Shown here piece after piece: positions 1 to 6,835 of a DNA stretch of 59,130 nucleotides (position 1 is its first letter; every line of letters begins with the position of its first letter). Source of the DNA: a virus; the IMG/VR virus record IMGVR_UViG_3300024581_000422, positions 1 to 59,130 of that record; one strand, given 5' to 3'. The position numbers were made by a program, and so were the translations under genes. Under the pieces are notes generated by a model. The model was not told the origin of the DNA. It saw only the letters and a program-made list of their open reading frames with translations, and did not search any database.

Positions 1-99
1 TTAATTGATAATCAATAAGTTAAGTAAAATAAAGTCAGCATAAAGTCAACACTAACTCAACACTATTATATATAAAGTCTACACTATTGGTAAAAAAAA
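1..99. repeat. Terminal exact direct repeat, left copy (identical to 59032..59130)
   Basis: Base-by-base comparison: ttaattgataatcaataagttaag...ctattggtaaaaaaaa occurs at both window ends. Confidence 0.95.
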
Positions 100-128
100 A
101 GAGGAAATAGATTGCTCTACTTCCCCTC
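92..128 (-). terminator. Rho-independent terminator of the leftward two-gene operon (633..149)
   Basis: On the - strand an imperfect GC hairpin (gaggggaagtag / ctatttcctc) is followed by T9, about 20 nt after the stop at 149. Confidence 0.55.
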
Positions 129-148
129 CTAACCAAAAAACACAATGA

Positions 149-448
149 TTAATTGAAGTCTGATATTCTTACATATACAGACCCGTAGTTGTCTATTAAC
201 CCATCAGCATCTTCTATAGGTGTGAATTGTGCATCCACCTGTGTCTCTCCATCTATAAACACCTCTACAGTAAACTTTGTTGTCTCACTCTGAGGTAACA
301 TAGAGAAATCCTTTTCTGATGTTGGGTCATCTCCACATTTCACTACACGCAATAGCTTATAGTTGGATGTGTTGTCTTCTTTTGTATTTGTATCTATTAC
401 ATCAACGCTGATAATAAACACTCTTGTATTCTGCGCTACTTTTAACAT
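149..448 (-). CDS. Hypothetical protein (99 aa)
   Basis: ORF track. Tightly coupled to 451..633 and followed by a terminator. Confidence 0.6.
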   Translation of the reverse strand: MLKVAQNTRVFIISVDVIDTNTKEDNTSNYKLLRVVKCGDDPTSEKDFSMLPQSETTKFTVEVFIDGETQVDAQFTPIEDADGLIDNYGSVYVRISDFN

Positions 449-450
449 GA

Positions 451-633
451 CTATAAGTTTCCGAGTCTCACACCTTCAGCAATCATGTCAATCTTTTTAG
501 CTCGCTTCATTTCTTTCTTTAGGTTGGCAAGCTTGGTTAGTCCCATCTCAGGACATGGAGCAGTACGTACCATACGTCCATCTTTCATATCGTACCCCAT
601 TAGACTTGGAGACACATTGAATATCTTTCTCAT
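451..633 (-). CDS. Hypothetical small basic protein (60 aa)
   Basis: ORF track. ATG lies 17 nt downstream of a TATCTTTA -7-like box. Confidence 0.5.
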   Translation of the reverse strand: MRKIFNVSPSLMGYDMKDGRMVRTAPCPEMGLTKLANLKKEMKRAKKIDMIAEGVRLGNL

Positions 634-650
634 AATTATTATTTTGACAG

Positions 651-658
651 TAAAGATA
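651..658 (-). promoter_or_regulatory. Bacteroidota-type -7 box (TATCTTTA on - strand) for the leftward operon
   Basis: + strand taaagata is the reverse complement of TATCTTTA. Its spacing to the ATG matches other TATCTTTG boxes in this genome. Confidence 0.4.
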
Positions 659-675
659 ATAAAAAAATATTAGAT

Positions 676-785
676 ACCCGTAGTGTTTGGGTTGTGTGGT
701 GGCACGCGCGATGACCCCCGATACGGAAACCGATGCTGAGCGATAGGGGGGGGTGCCAAATTCAAATCCGCACTCCGATTTTTTT
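676..785 (+). ncRNA. Candidate structured RNA / attenuator-like element (GC-rich island)
   Basis: GGCAC(701-705)/GTGCC(753-757) and CCCCC(715-719)/GGGGG(746-750) can pair. This competes with the terminator stem GGGGTGC(750-756)/GCACTCC(770-776), which is followed by T7. No family recognised. Confidence 0.3.
750..785 (+). terminator. Intrinsic-terminator-like hairpin plus T-tract
   Basis: 7-bp stem (one G-U), 13-nt loop, then ga + T7 (779-785). Confidence 0.4.
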
Positions 786-797
786 GGCTTTTTGTAC

Positions 798-1018
798 AGG
801 GTATGTGCTGTAGCTGTATGGCTGTAGCTGTATGGCTATAGCTGTTGCTGTTGTGCGCTGTGCTGTTATGCTGTTGCGCTGTTGTTGTCCGTCCATAGCT
901 GTTGCGCTGTCGCTGTTGCTGTATCCTGTATCGTGCATAGCTGTTGTGCTGTGCGCTGTTGCTGTCGTAGCTGTTGTGCATAGCTGTCGTGCTGTATCCT
1001 GTTCCTGTATCCTGTATC
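798..1018. repeat. Degenerate GCTGT/TAGCTGT/GTATCCTGT repeat tract (candidate origin / iterons)
   Basis: About 220 nt made almost only of G, C and T on the + strand. It has reiterated (c)atagctgtt(g), gctgttgc and gtatcctgt words. Confidence 0.7.
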
Positions 1019-1228
1019 AATAGTCTATTCAAAGAGACAAAATGCGCTCTAAATACGCTGTTTACAAGCATTTAAACGCTAACAGAGAGACGATAACCTC
1101 ACAGCGAGCGAGATTAGCCCAAAAAAAATGTCTCTTCAGACTAAACTTTTTTTTACTGAGAATCAATGAGTTATGAAGGCGAAATCTAACTTTAGCTATT
1201 ACCTATTCTTTAGAATCAAGAATTAGAC

Positions 1229-1236
1229 TATATTTG
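1229..1236 (+). promoter_or_regulatory. Candidate rightward early promoter -7 box TATATTTG
   Basis: Exact TAnnTTTG match upstream of the first + strand gene (ATG 1319). Confidence 0.35.
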
Positions 1237-1318
1237 AACACGAAAGGAACATAAAAAACATACAAAAAATTACATAACTTATTGAAAATCAATCATTTAA
1301 CACAAAAAAACAAGTATT

Positions 1319-1570
1319 ATGAAAACTTTTAAGGATTTAAGAAGCAAATTAGTAAGCAAAAAAGCGGGTAGTGAATATGTATATCGCATAAACAATACAC
1401 GATATGAGATATGCGAATTTAACTGCAATAAAGGATGGTGTTTGAACGAATATAGAGAGCATGAGAGATATGGCGAAGAATTAGTTGATTCTTATGGATA
1501 TGAGGGATTATTGCTTAAAGACTGCAAAGAGATGATATTGTTAGCTTGGAATAATAACGAAATAGCTTAA
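1319..1570 (+). CDS. Hypothetical protein (83 aa)
   Basis: ORF track. Its leader aacacaaaaaaacaagtattATG is duplicated before 1619. Confidence 0.6.
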   Translation: MKTFKDLRSKLVSKKAGSEYVYRINNTRYEICEFNCNKGWCLNEYREHERYGEELVDSYGYEGLLLKDCKEMILLAWNNNEIA

Positions 1571-1618
1571 TTGATTACCAAAAAATAGAATTTATAAACA
1601 CAAAAAAAAACAAGTATT

Positions 1619-2260
1619 ATGAGACATTTATTAGAAATCGAAAGACAATTCTTAACATCCGACAGAGTTAGCGCGCACGTTAACTTTGGCGAAGTTGATA
1701 ACCTGTTAACCAAAGCTACAGCGAAAAGCAAAGAAGCCTTTGACGTGCAAGTTGAGTTAGCCAAGATAGTGTATAAGGCATCTATATGGCTTAAATCCGC
1801 TGACACGCAAGCGCAATTAGAGGAAGAGGGTATTGTATTCCAAAACTTTGAAGAGTTAGGTAAACGTGTTTTTAACTATGGCAAAGCGCAGGCTTACAAG
1901 ATGAAAAAAGCGGGAGCAATCGCAATCGAGCAAGAAGAGATGGTAAACAGATTCAAGACCATATGCGACGAGCGCGAAGAAGCGGGAGAGACAGCGGGTA
2001 GAGGAATCGATAACCTAATCGCATTTGTATCGAGAGACGGACGTGAAGAGAAAGAGACGAACGAACGTACACTATTCACGTTATCAATCGCGAAAGACGG
2101 ACTGAATGGCGAGAAAGGCATCTCAGCGCGAATTACTATCAATGAGAATGGAATTGTAAATTCTAAAATATCGGGCGAATCAGACAAGCTAACTGACTTT
2201 GAAGCAGTAAAAGTGATGGAGTTAATCGAATTATTCAAAACCAAAGCAATGTCTCTTTAA
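1619..2260 (+). CDS. Hypothetical protein (213 aa)
   Basis: ORF track. Shares the conserved leader with 1319. The stop overlaps a 1-mismatch copy of the genome palindrome (2251..2266). Confidence 0.65.
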   Translation: MRHLLEIERQFLTSDRVSAHVNFGEVDNLLTKATAKSKEAFDVQVELAKIVYKASIWLKSADTQAQLEEEGIVFQNFEELGKRVFNYGKAQAYKMKKAGAIAIEQEEMVNRFKTICDEREEAGETAGRGIDNLIAFVSRDGREEKETNERTLFTLSIAKDGLNGEKGISARITINENGIVNSKISGESDKLTDFEAVKVMELIELFKTKAMSL

Positions 2261-2293
2261 ATAGACTATTTTTAAACCAATAAATTTAATACA

Positions 2294-3310
2294 ATGAGCA
2301 CATTAATTGAAACAGGGATAACGTTTGATAGATTGTATGACGATGAGTCACGTGGACGAATAATGCCATACAAGCAAGGAGCGAAATCAATTGACCGAAG
2401 TAAGGCGCACAGGGCTGATATTGTTGGGCTGTCAAATTATGACCGAAAGAATGTATTAGAATCAGATGAAGCGCGATTCACGATAGGATTCGAAATCGAG
2501 AAGAATCGTTTGCACAGGAATAGTCTACGTGAATATCCTGTATTTGCAAGATTCGAAACAGATGCATCGTGCGGATTCGAATATGGCGTGAAAGGACATG
2601 AAGCAATCACGCATATCTTACCTTTAATCGGACGTTCGCTATGGCGCACGAAGGTGTACAATATGTTCAATGAAGCGCATACTCTCATAGATGATGCATA
2701 TAGTCCGTCAAACACGCGATGTGGTGGTCATATACATCTTGCGTGCAAAGGGATGGCACCATATGAATTGATGGATAGAGTAAGACGTTTTAGTGGTATA
2801 GTATATGCGCTCTACCGAAAGAGGGTCGGCAATTACTTTTGCCGAGCGAATACGAGAATGTATGATTCAAGCACAAAGTATTCCGTAGCAAAGGTAAATG
2901 ACTATGGCATCGAATTCCGTATCCCAAGCAGAGTTATGTCAGTTAAACAATTGATGCGACGATATGAGTTAATGTACACGATTATGGATTTTGCCTGTAA
3001 TACTCCCGTATATCCCGAATTAAGCACAGCAGTAAAAGCGAAATTCCGTAGTGCTGTGATGCCAATCATTGTATCAATGTGCGAAGGGAACAAAGAGAAA
3101 GCGAAAGCTATCTACAATCTCGGAATGCATTTCCAAGATTACATCAATACAGGTATTGTGAACAAGCATACAATCGGATGGCTTGAGCGCAGATGGTCAA
3201 CAGCAGACTATCGAAAAGGTACCTTCTATGATTTCTATACGAGAGGATTGGATGCGAGATTCGATGAATACGAATGGCTAAACGCACAGCGCGAGATTGG
3301 ATTGCTGTAA
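2294..3310 (+). CDS. Amidoligase (Amidoligase_2 / glutamine-synthetase-like COOH-NH2 ligase family)
   Basis: Ordered motifs: TIGFEIE, ETDASCGFEYG, RCGGHIHL, R..NYFCRAN, GIEFRIPS. Confidence 0.7.
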   Translation: MSTLIETGITFDRLYDDESRGRIMPYKQGAKSIDRSKAHRADIVGLSNYDRKNVLESDEARFTIGFEIEKNRLHRNSLREYPVFARFETDASCGFEYGVKGHEAITHILPLIGRSLWRTKVYNMFNEAHTLIDDAYSPSNTRCGGHIHLACKGMAPYELMDRVRRFSGIVYALYRKRVGNYFCRANTRMYDSSTKYSVAKVNDYGIEFRIPSRVMSVKQLMRRYELMYTIMDFACNTPVYPELSTAVKAKFRSAVMPIIVSMCEGNKEKAKAIYNLGMHFQDYINTGIVNKHTIGWLERRWSTADYRKGTFYDFYTRGLDARFDEYEWLNAQREIGLL

Positions 3311-3421
3311 GATGACAGGACGTGTACAGGGAGAAATCCCTGTGCATTCCGTCCACAGGTGTGTGCCTGTGCTGATGAGTTCAAAAGAACGAAACGGATT
3401 TTTAAACTTAAATTATACACA

Positions 3422-3565
3422 ATGTTAAACGTATTTTTTTTAGTGCTATCAATCATATCTATCGTGATGATAGCTGTACAGGACAAAGACAGCAAGAACA
3501 GAGATGAGATGTTCATCAATCTGATTATCTGTTGGACAATTTTTTTACTAACCTTACCAAGATAG
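3422..3565 (+). CDS. Small two-TM membrane protein (47 aa)
   Basis: Internal ATG of ORF 3359..3565, preceded by the tacacaATG context. Two hydrophobic segments. Confidence 0.45.
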   Translation: MLNVFFLVLSIISIVMIAVQDKDSKNRDEMFINLIICWTIFLLTLPR

Positions 3566-3570
3566 ATTTG

Positions 3571-3658
3571 GATATGTCAAATATTCGTTTTATCTTCGTC
3601 TAAATTATTATTAACAGGGCAGTCTCTTTGAAGAGACAATCCCACAAACACAAACACA
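3571..3658 (+). promoter_or_regulatory. Promoter-hairpin cassette, copy 1
   Basis: tgtcaaatattcgt...tatcttcg...ttaacagggca, then the palindrome gtctctttgaagagac (3622..3637), then cccacaaacacaaacacaATG. Homologous to 5637..5722 and 6746..6835. Confidence 0.55.
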
Positions 3659-3871
3659 ATGAGAAATTTTACAACAAGAATGATTGGCAGAAAAGTAGAA
3701 GTATCTTTTAAACACCCAAAATATGTTACGGCAATATTTCAAGCGCAATTAATGTCTTTTGCTTGTCAAGGTAATTGGGTAACTCAAATGGTTTCTATAC
3801 CTAAAAAAGAATATTCTCTTGAAAAATTACAAGAAGAAGTAGAAAGAGAGTTTAATGTTTATTATTATTAA
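3659..3871 (+). CDS. Hypothetical protein (70 aa)
   Basis: ORF track. Follows cassette copy 1. Confidence 0.6.
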   Translation: MRNFTTRMIGRKVEVSFKHPKYVTAIFQAQLMSFACQGNWVTQMVSIPKKEYSLEKLQEEVEREFNVYYY

Positions 3872-3894
3872 TTAACCAAATAAAATTTAACACA

Positions 3895-4071
3895 ATGAGA
3901 CATCAAGTTAAAATTACAATGGACATCCTAAAGAATTGGGATTGCCTAAAAGACCTAAGCGAAAGCGACAAGGAGTACATCGAATGGCAGTTAAACTTTA
4001 TAGCTGAACAAGCAATAGCTGAATATAGAAAAAAAATTAACGAGTTAGGAAACGAATTATTAAACCAATAA
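3895..4071 (+). CDS. Hypothetical protein (58 aa, below the ORF-track cutoff)
   Basis: Hand-translated: MRHQVKITMDILKNW...GNELLNQ*. Flanked on both sides by the junction motif. Confidence 0.5.
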   Translation: MRHQVKITMDILKNWDCLKDLSESDKEYIEWQLNFIAEQAIAEYRKKINELGNELLNQ

Positions 4072-4082
4072 AATTTAACACA

Positions 4083-4445
4083 ATGAAAGCAAGAGTATTA
4101 AGAAAAATAGATGTAGGATTTACTAACGTAACACTACAGGGGAACGTGTACCGTGTTCACGAGATAGTTGGCACAAGAGTAACAATAAAATTGGAGAGCG
4201 ATAGGTACATAGACTTATCCTTAGACGAAGTAGAGTTATTGATAGATGGCAGACACGTAGCAGTATACCGAAATCAAGGTACAAGGGATGGCAGTTGGAT
4301 AGGATTTAACGAAAGCAAGGGGTATGCATTAGTGTACACTATGCCAAACGGAAGGGAGTTTATAAACCTATGCAAGAATCCATTCAAGTTGGACGAGTAT
4401 ACCACGATTACTAAAGAGAAATTTAAGACATTATTTAACCGATAA
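4083..4445 (+). CDS. Hypothetical protein (120 aa)
   Basis: ORF track, with junction motif upstream. Confidence 0.65.
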   Translation: MKARVLRKIDVGFTNVTLQGNVYRVHEIVGTRVTIKLESDRYIDLSLDEVELLIDGRHVAVYRNQGTRDGSWIGFNESKGYALVYTMPNGREFINLCKNPFKLDEYTTITKEKFKTLFNR

Positions 4446-4458
4446 AATTTATAACACA

Positions 4459-4620
4459 ATGAAAGATTTTAAACAATGGATGGAAACAAATGTAGTTGCC
4501 CGAATGGACAAGTTTGGCAATCAATTTTTCAGCACTCAAGATGCGCTGTATCACAATACCATATATGGTATGGACAGGCTGATTGAGTATTACAAAAAAG
4601 AATTTTTAATTAACCAATAA
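4459..4620 (+). CDS. Hypothetical protein (53 aa, below the ORF-track cutoff)
   Basis: Hand-translated: MKDFKQWMETNVVARMDKFGNQFF...KKEFLINQ*. Junction motif at both ends. Confidence 0.5.
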   Translation: MKDFKQWMETNVVARMDKFGNQFFSTQDALYHNTIYGMDRLIEYYKKEFLINQ

Positions 4621-4632
4621 AATTTAAACACG

Positions 4633-4824
4633 ATGAGAACAATAGAAACAAAAACGGCATTAAGTAAAAAACAAATTGAAGAATTAAAAAACAAGCACGA
4701 AGCAATAAGAAATGTTTTAATAAATAACGATTGTGAGGAACATGGAGATTGCATTATTGATGAAATTTGTGAAGCTATTGGGATATTACCCACGACTGTT
4801 TATTATACAGAAGGTGGGATGTAA
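4633..4824 (+). CDS. Hypothetical protein (63 aa)
   Basis: ORF track, with junction motif upstream. Confidence 0.55.
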   Translation: MRTIETKTALSKKQIEELKNKHEAIRNVLINNDCEEHGDCIIDEICEAIGILPTTVYYTEGGM

Positions 4825-5058
4825 AAAAAATTATTAACCAAATAAAATCAAACACAATTATTAATCAATTAAAATCAAAAAATTATGACACATTTTAAAT
4901 ACACTTTTGCTTTTATGGGTTTCGAGTTTAAAGAAGACAACCATACTTATATCTATATTGGTAGGTCTATTTATTCGGGTAAGTTTATATATCAAACTGA
5001 AATCTAATTTGCCCTAAGGTGCAAATAACATATATCTATAACAATAAAATTAAACACA

Positions 5059-5604
5059 ATGAAAAAGCAAACAAGAAAGGTAGGTGTAGCGGGAGGCTTC
5101 ATCAATCAAATGATGGGTAACAATGCAACAGAGCCAAGAGTTGGCGAAGGTGCTACAATCTTAATGTATAGCGACAGGCACGCATACGAGGTGGTAGATG
5201 TATCCGAGGATGGCAATCAGTGTACACTAAGAAAAATGGACACGATATTTATTGGCTCGGGATATGGCGATGAGAGATACGAGTACAAATCCAATCCGAA
5301 CAATCACACGATAGAACTTGAGTGGAATGCGAAGAAAGGATGTTGGGGAAAGGTTACATACACGATTGAAATCATTCGCTCATTAGCCAAAAAATACTAC
5401 ACCAAGTATGATTTTGGATGGTCAGATATATTAGTGAAGGACTATGGCATTGAGTCATACCAACATCTATACGAAGACCCGAGCGCAGACAATTACTACA
5501 ATCAAATGAAGTTAATTGATGGCTTGACCAAGAGATACAAGAACTTTCATAAGGTGTCAGTCATCTTTGGAATCTCGGAAGAGTATCGTGACCCACATTT
5601 TTAA
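5059..5604 (+). CDS. Hypothetical protein (181 aa)
   Basis: ORF track. Preceded by a 25-nt repeat (5019..5043) that recurs at 5941..5965. Confidence 0.7.
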   Translation: MKKQTRKVGVAGGFINQMMGNNATEPRVGEGATILMYSDRHAYEVVDVSEDGNQCTLRKMDTIFIGSGYGDERYEYKSNPNNHTIELEWNAKKGCWGKVTYTIEIIRSLAKKYYTKYDFGWSDILVKDYGIESYQHLYEDPSADNYYNQMKLIDGLTKRYKNFHKVSVIFGISEEYRDPHF

Positions 5605-5630
5605 CATTTTTTAACATTTTTTAACATTTA
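5601..5630. repeat. Three phased 10-bp tandem repeats (ttaacatttt x3)
   Basis: Read directly. The repeat starts inside the stop codon region of 5059..5604. Confidence 0.85.
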
Positions 5631-5636
5631 AAATTA

Positions 5637-5722
5637 TGTAATGTCGAATATTCGTATTACTTTTGTTTAAAATAATTATTAACAGGGCAAGTCTCGAGGC
5701 TTGCCCACAAAACACAAACACA
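5637..5722 (+). promoter_or_regulatory. Promoter-hairpin cassette, copy 2 (contains an exact TAnnTTTG box TACTTTTG at 5658..5665)
   Basis: tgtcgaatattcgtattacttttgtttaaaataattattaacagggcaag-tctcgagg-cttgccc-acaaaacacaaacacaATG. The 7-bp stem has a different sequence from copies 1 and 3. Confidence 0.6.
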
Positions 5723-5929
5723 ATGAAACAAATATTAAACGATAAAAAAGAAGTAATTTTTGAAGGAGATGCTACAGAAATGACATTAGCATTTAACTAC
5801 CTAACTAAACCATTCTATATACTTGCTGAAAGTATGGGTTTAAGAATGTCTGATGCTTATGAATTAAACAAGAAGTATTGGAATGACAAAACTCGAAATG
5901 TAAAATCATTTGAATTGGTAGATGCTTAA
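5723..5929 (+). CDS. Hypothetical protein (68 aa)
   Basis: Start moved to the ATG behind the conserved cacaATG context. The upstream part of track ORF 5663..5929 is the cassette. Confidence 0.6.
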   Translation: MKQILNDKKEVIFEGDATEMTLAFNYLTKPFYILAESMGLRMSDAYELNKKYWNDKTRNVKSFELVDA

Positions 5930-5981
5930 TGGCATAAAACGTGCAAATAACATATATCTATAACAACAAAAACAAAACACA

Positions 5982-6167
5982 ATGGGAAAAATGAAAGAAC
6001 AATTTATGCTCTTAAGAGAGCAAGACACAAGACACGATGATGATGCGTATCATTACGACCAATGGAGACTACAAGAGCATATGAAAGCAGAACAAGAGTA
6101 TGGCAAATATGTCGTAAGCAGTCTGACTGAGATGTTCAAAAAGATGGGAGGTAGCTATGAGAAGTAG
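5982..6167 (+). CDS. Hypothetical protein (61 aa)
   Basis: ORF track. Exact 25-nt repeat upstream. Confidence 0.55.
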   Translation: MGKMKEQFMLLREQDTRHDDDAYHYDQWRLQEHMKAEQEYGKYVVSSLTEMFKKMGGSYEK

Positions 6168-6444
6168 AAGCGAAGTAGCAGATTACTCTTGGGAGTATGA
6201 CAGAGCTGTGTGCATCTTCAAGGATGGCACATCTATGGAATACAAGTGCGACAAGTATGACCTGTGCGACATCATAGGCAAAGAGATTATGACCGATGTT
6301 GGTGGGGATTGGGTAGCGGACGAGTATGACCTGTCATATGATAGCGATGGATGGATAGCTACGAATGTGGTAGACATCAATCACTACACTCCATACAGAA
6401 AAGAACTTGAGACATTATTCACTAACTTAAAAATGATACAATGA
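6157..6444 (+). CDS. Hypothetical protein (95 aa)
   Basis: ORF track. Overlapping start/stop coupling with its neighbours. Confidence 0.6.
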   Translation: MRSRSEVADYSWEYDRAVCIFKDGTSMEYKCDKYDLCDIIGKEIMTDVGGDWVADEYDLSYDSDGWIATNVVDINHYTPYRKELETLFTNLKMIQ

Positions 6445-6743
6445 TTTACGTAACAAAAGATAATTTCGTATGGTTGGATGTGACCGAGCAGTTAACCAAG
6501 TCGCCAAAGGCGTGGGTAGAAAATGAAATCTACGCAGTACACGACGATGATTCAGAGTCATTACTTGAGTCAATAGAAGAGGTAATAGAGGCTATTAACT
6601 TAGGACTGCGATTGTGTATAGAGGGGGGGTATCTTCCCTCTACACACACGCCACAGAAGACGTGGTGGCATAAGGCACAGAAGGTAGTCAAAGATGGATA
6701 TGTATATGTGCGATGGGCGGATGTAAAAATACCAATGCAATAG
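6441..6743 (+). CDS. Hypothetical protein (100 aa)
   Basis: ORF track. ATGA overlap with the upstream gene. Confidence 0.6.
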   Translation: MIYVTKDNFVWLDVTEQLTKSPKAWVENEIYAVHDDDSESLLESIEEVIEAINLGLRLCIEGGYLPSTHTPQKTWWHKAQKVVKDGYVYVRWADVKIPMQ

Positions 6744-6745
6744 TT

Positions 6746-6835
6746 GGATACGTCAAACGAATGTCGTATATTAGTTTAAAATTAAATTAACTTGGCGAGT
6801 CTCTTCAAAGAGACTTGCTACAAAAATTAAATACA
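6746..6835 (+). promoter_or_regulatory. Promoter-hairpin cassette, copy 3
   Basis: ggatacgtcaaacgaatgtcgtatattagtttaaaattaaattaac, then a 10-bp stem gcgagtctct/agagacttgc (palindrome 6799..6814), then caaaaattaaatacaATG. Confidence 0.5.

Noticed and set aside
485-673. 62-aa + strand ORF
   Set aside because: It is antisense to 451..633, hydrophobic low complexity, and has no promoter or start context.
757-776. tRNA or tmRNA-like gene suggested by a ttcaaatcc T-loop-like word
   Set aside because: The flanking bases do not form a 5-bp T-stem or a 7-bp acceptor stem, and no D-arm or anticodon arm could be drawn. The word sits in the loop of the terminator-like hairpin instead.
798-1018. CRISPR array
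   Set aside because: The repeats are short (5-12 nt), degenerate and contiguous, with no unique spacers of regular length, and no cas genes are present.
670-1071. Track ORFs 670..1071 (-, 133 aa) and 832..1023 (+, 63 aa) as protein-coding genes
   Set aside because: Both lie entirely in the GCTGT repeat tract and GC-rich element. Their translations are repeat-driven low complexity (HNSY/QQ/TA runs on one strand, C/A/V runs on the other). Open frames occur on both strands, which is what simple repeats produce. A real Q/N/H-rich protein cannot be fully excluded without homologues.
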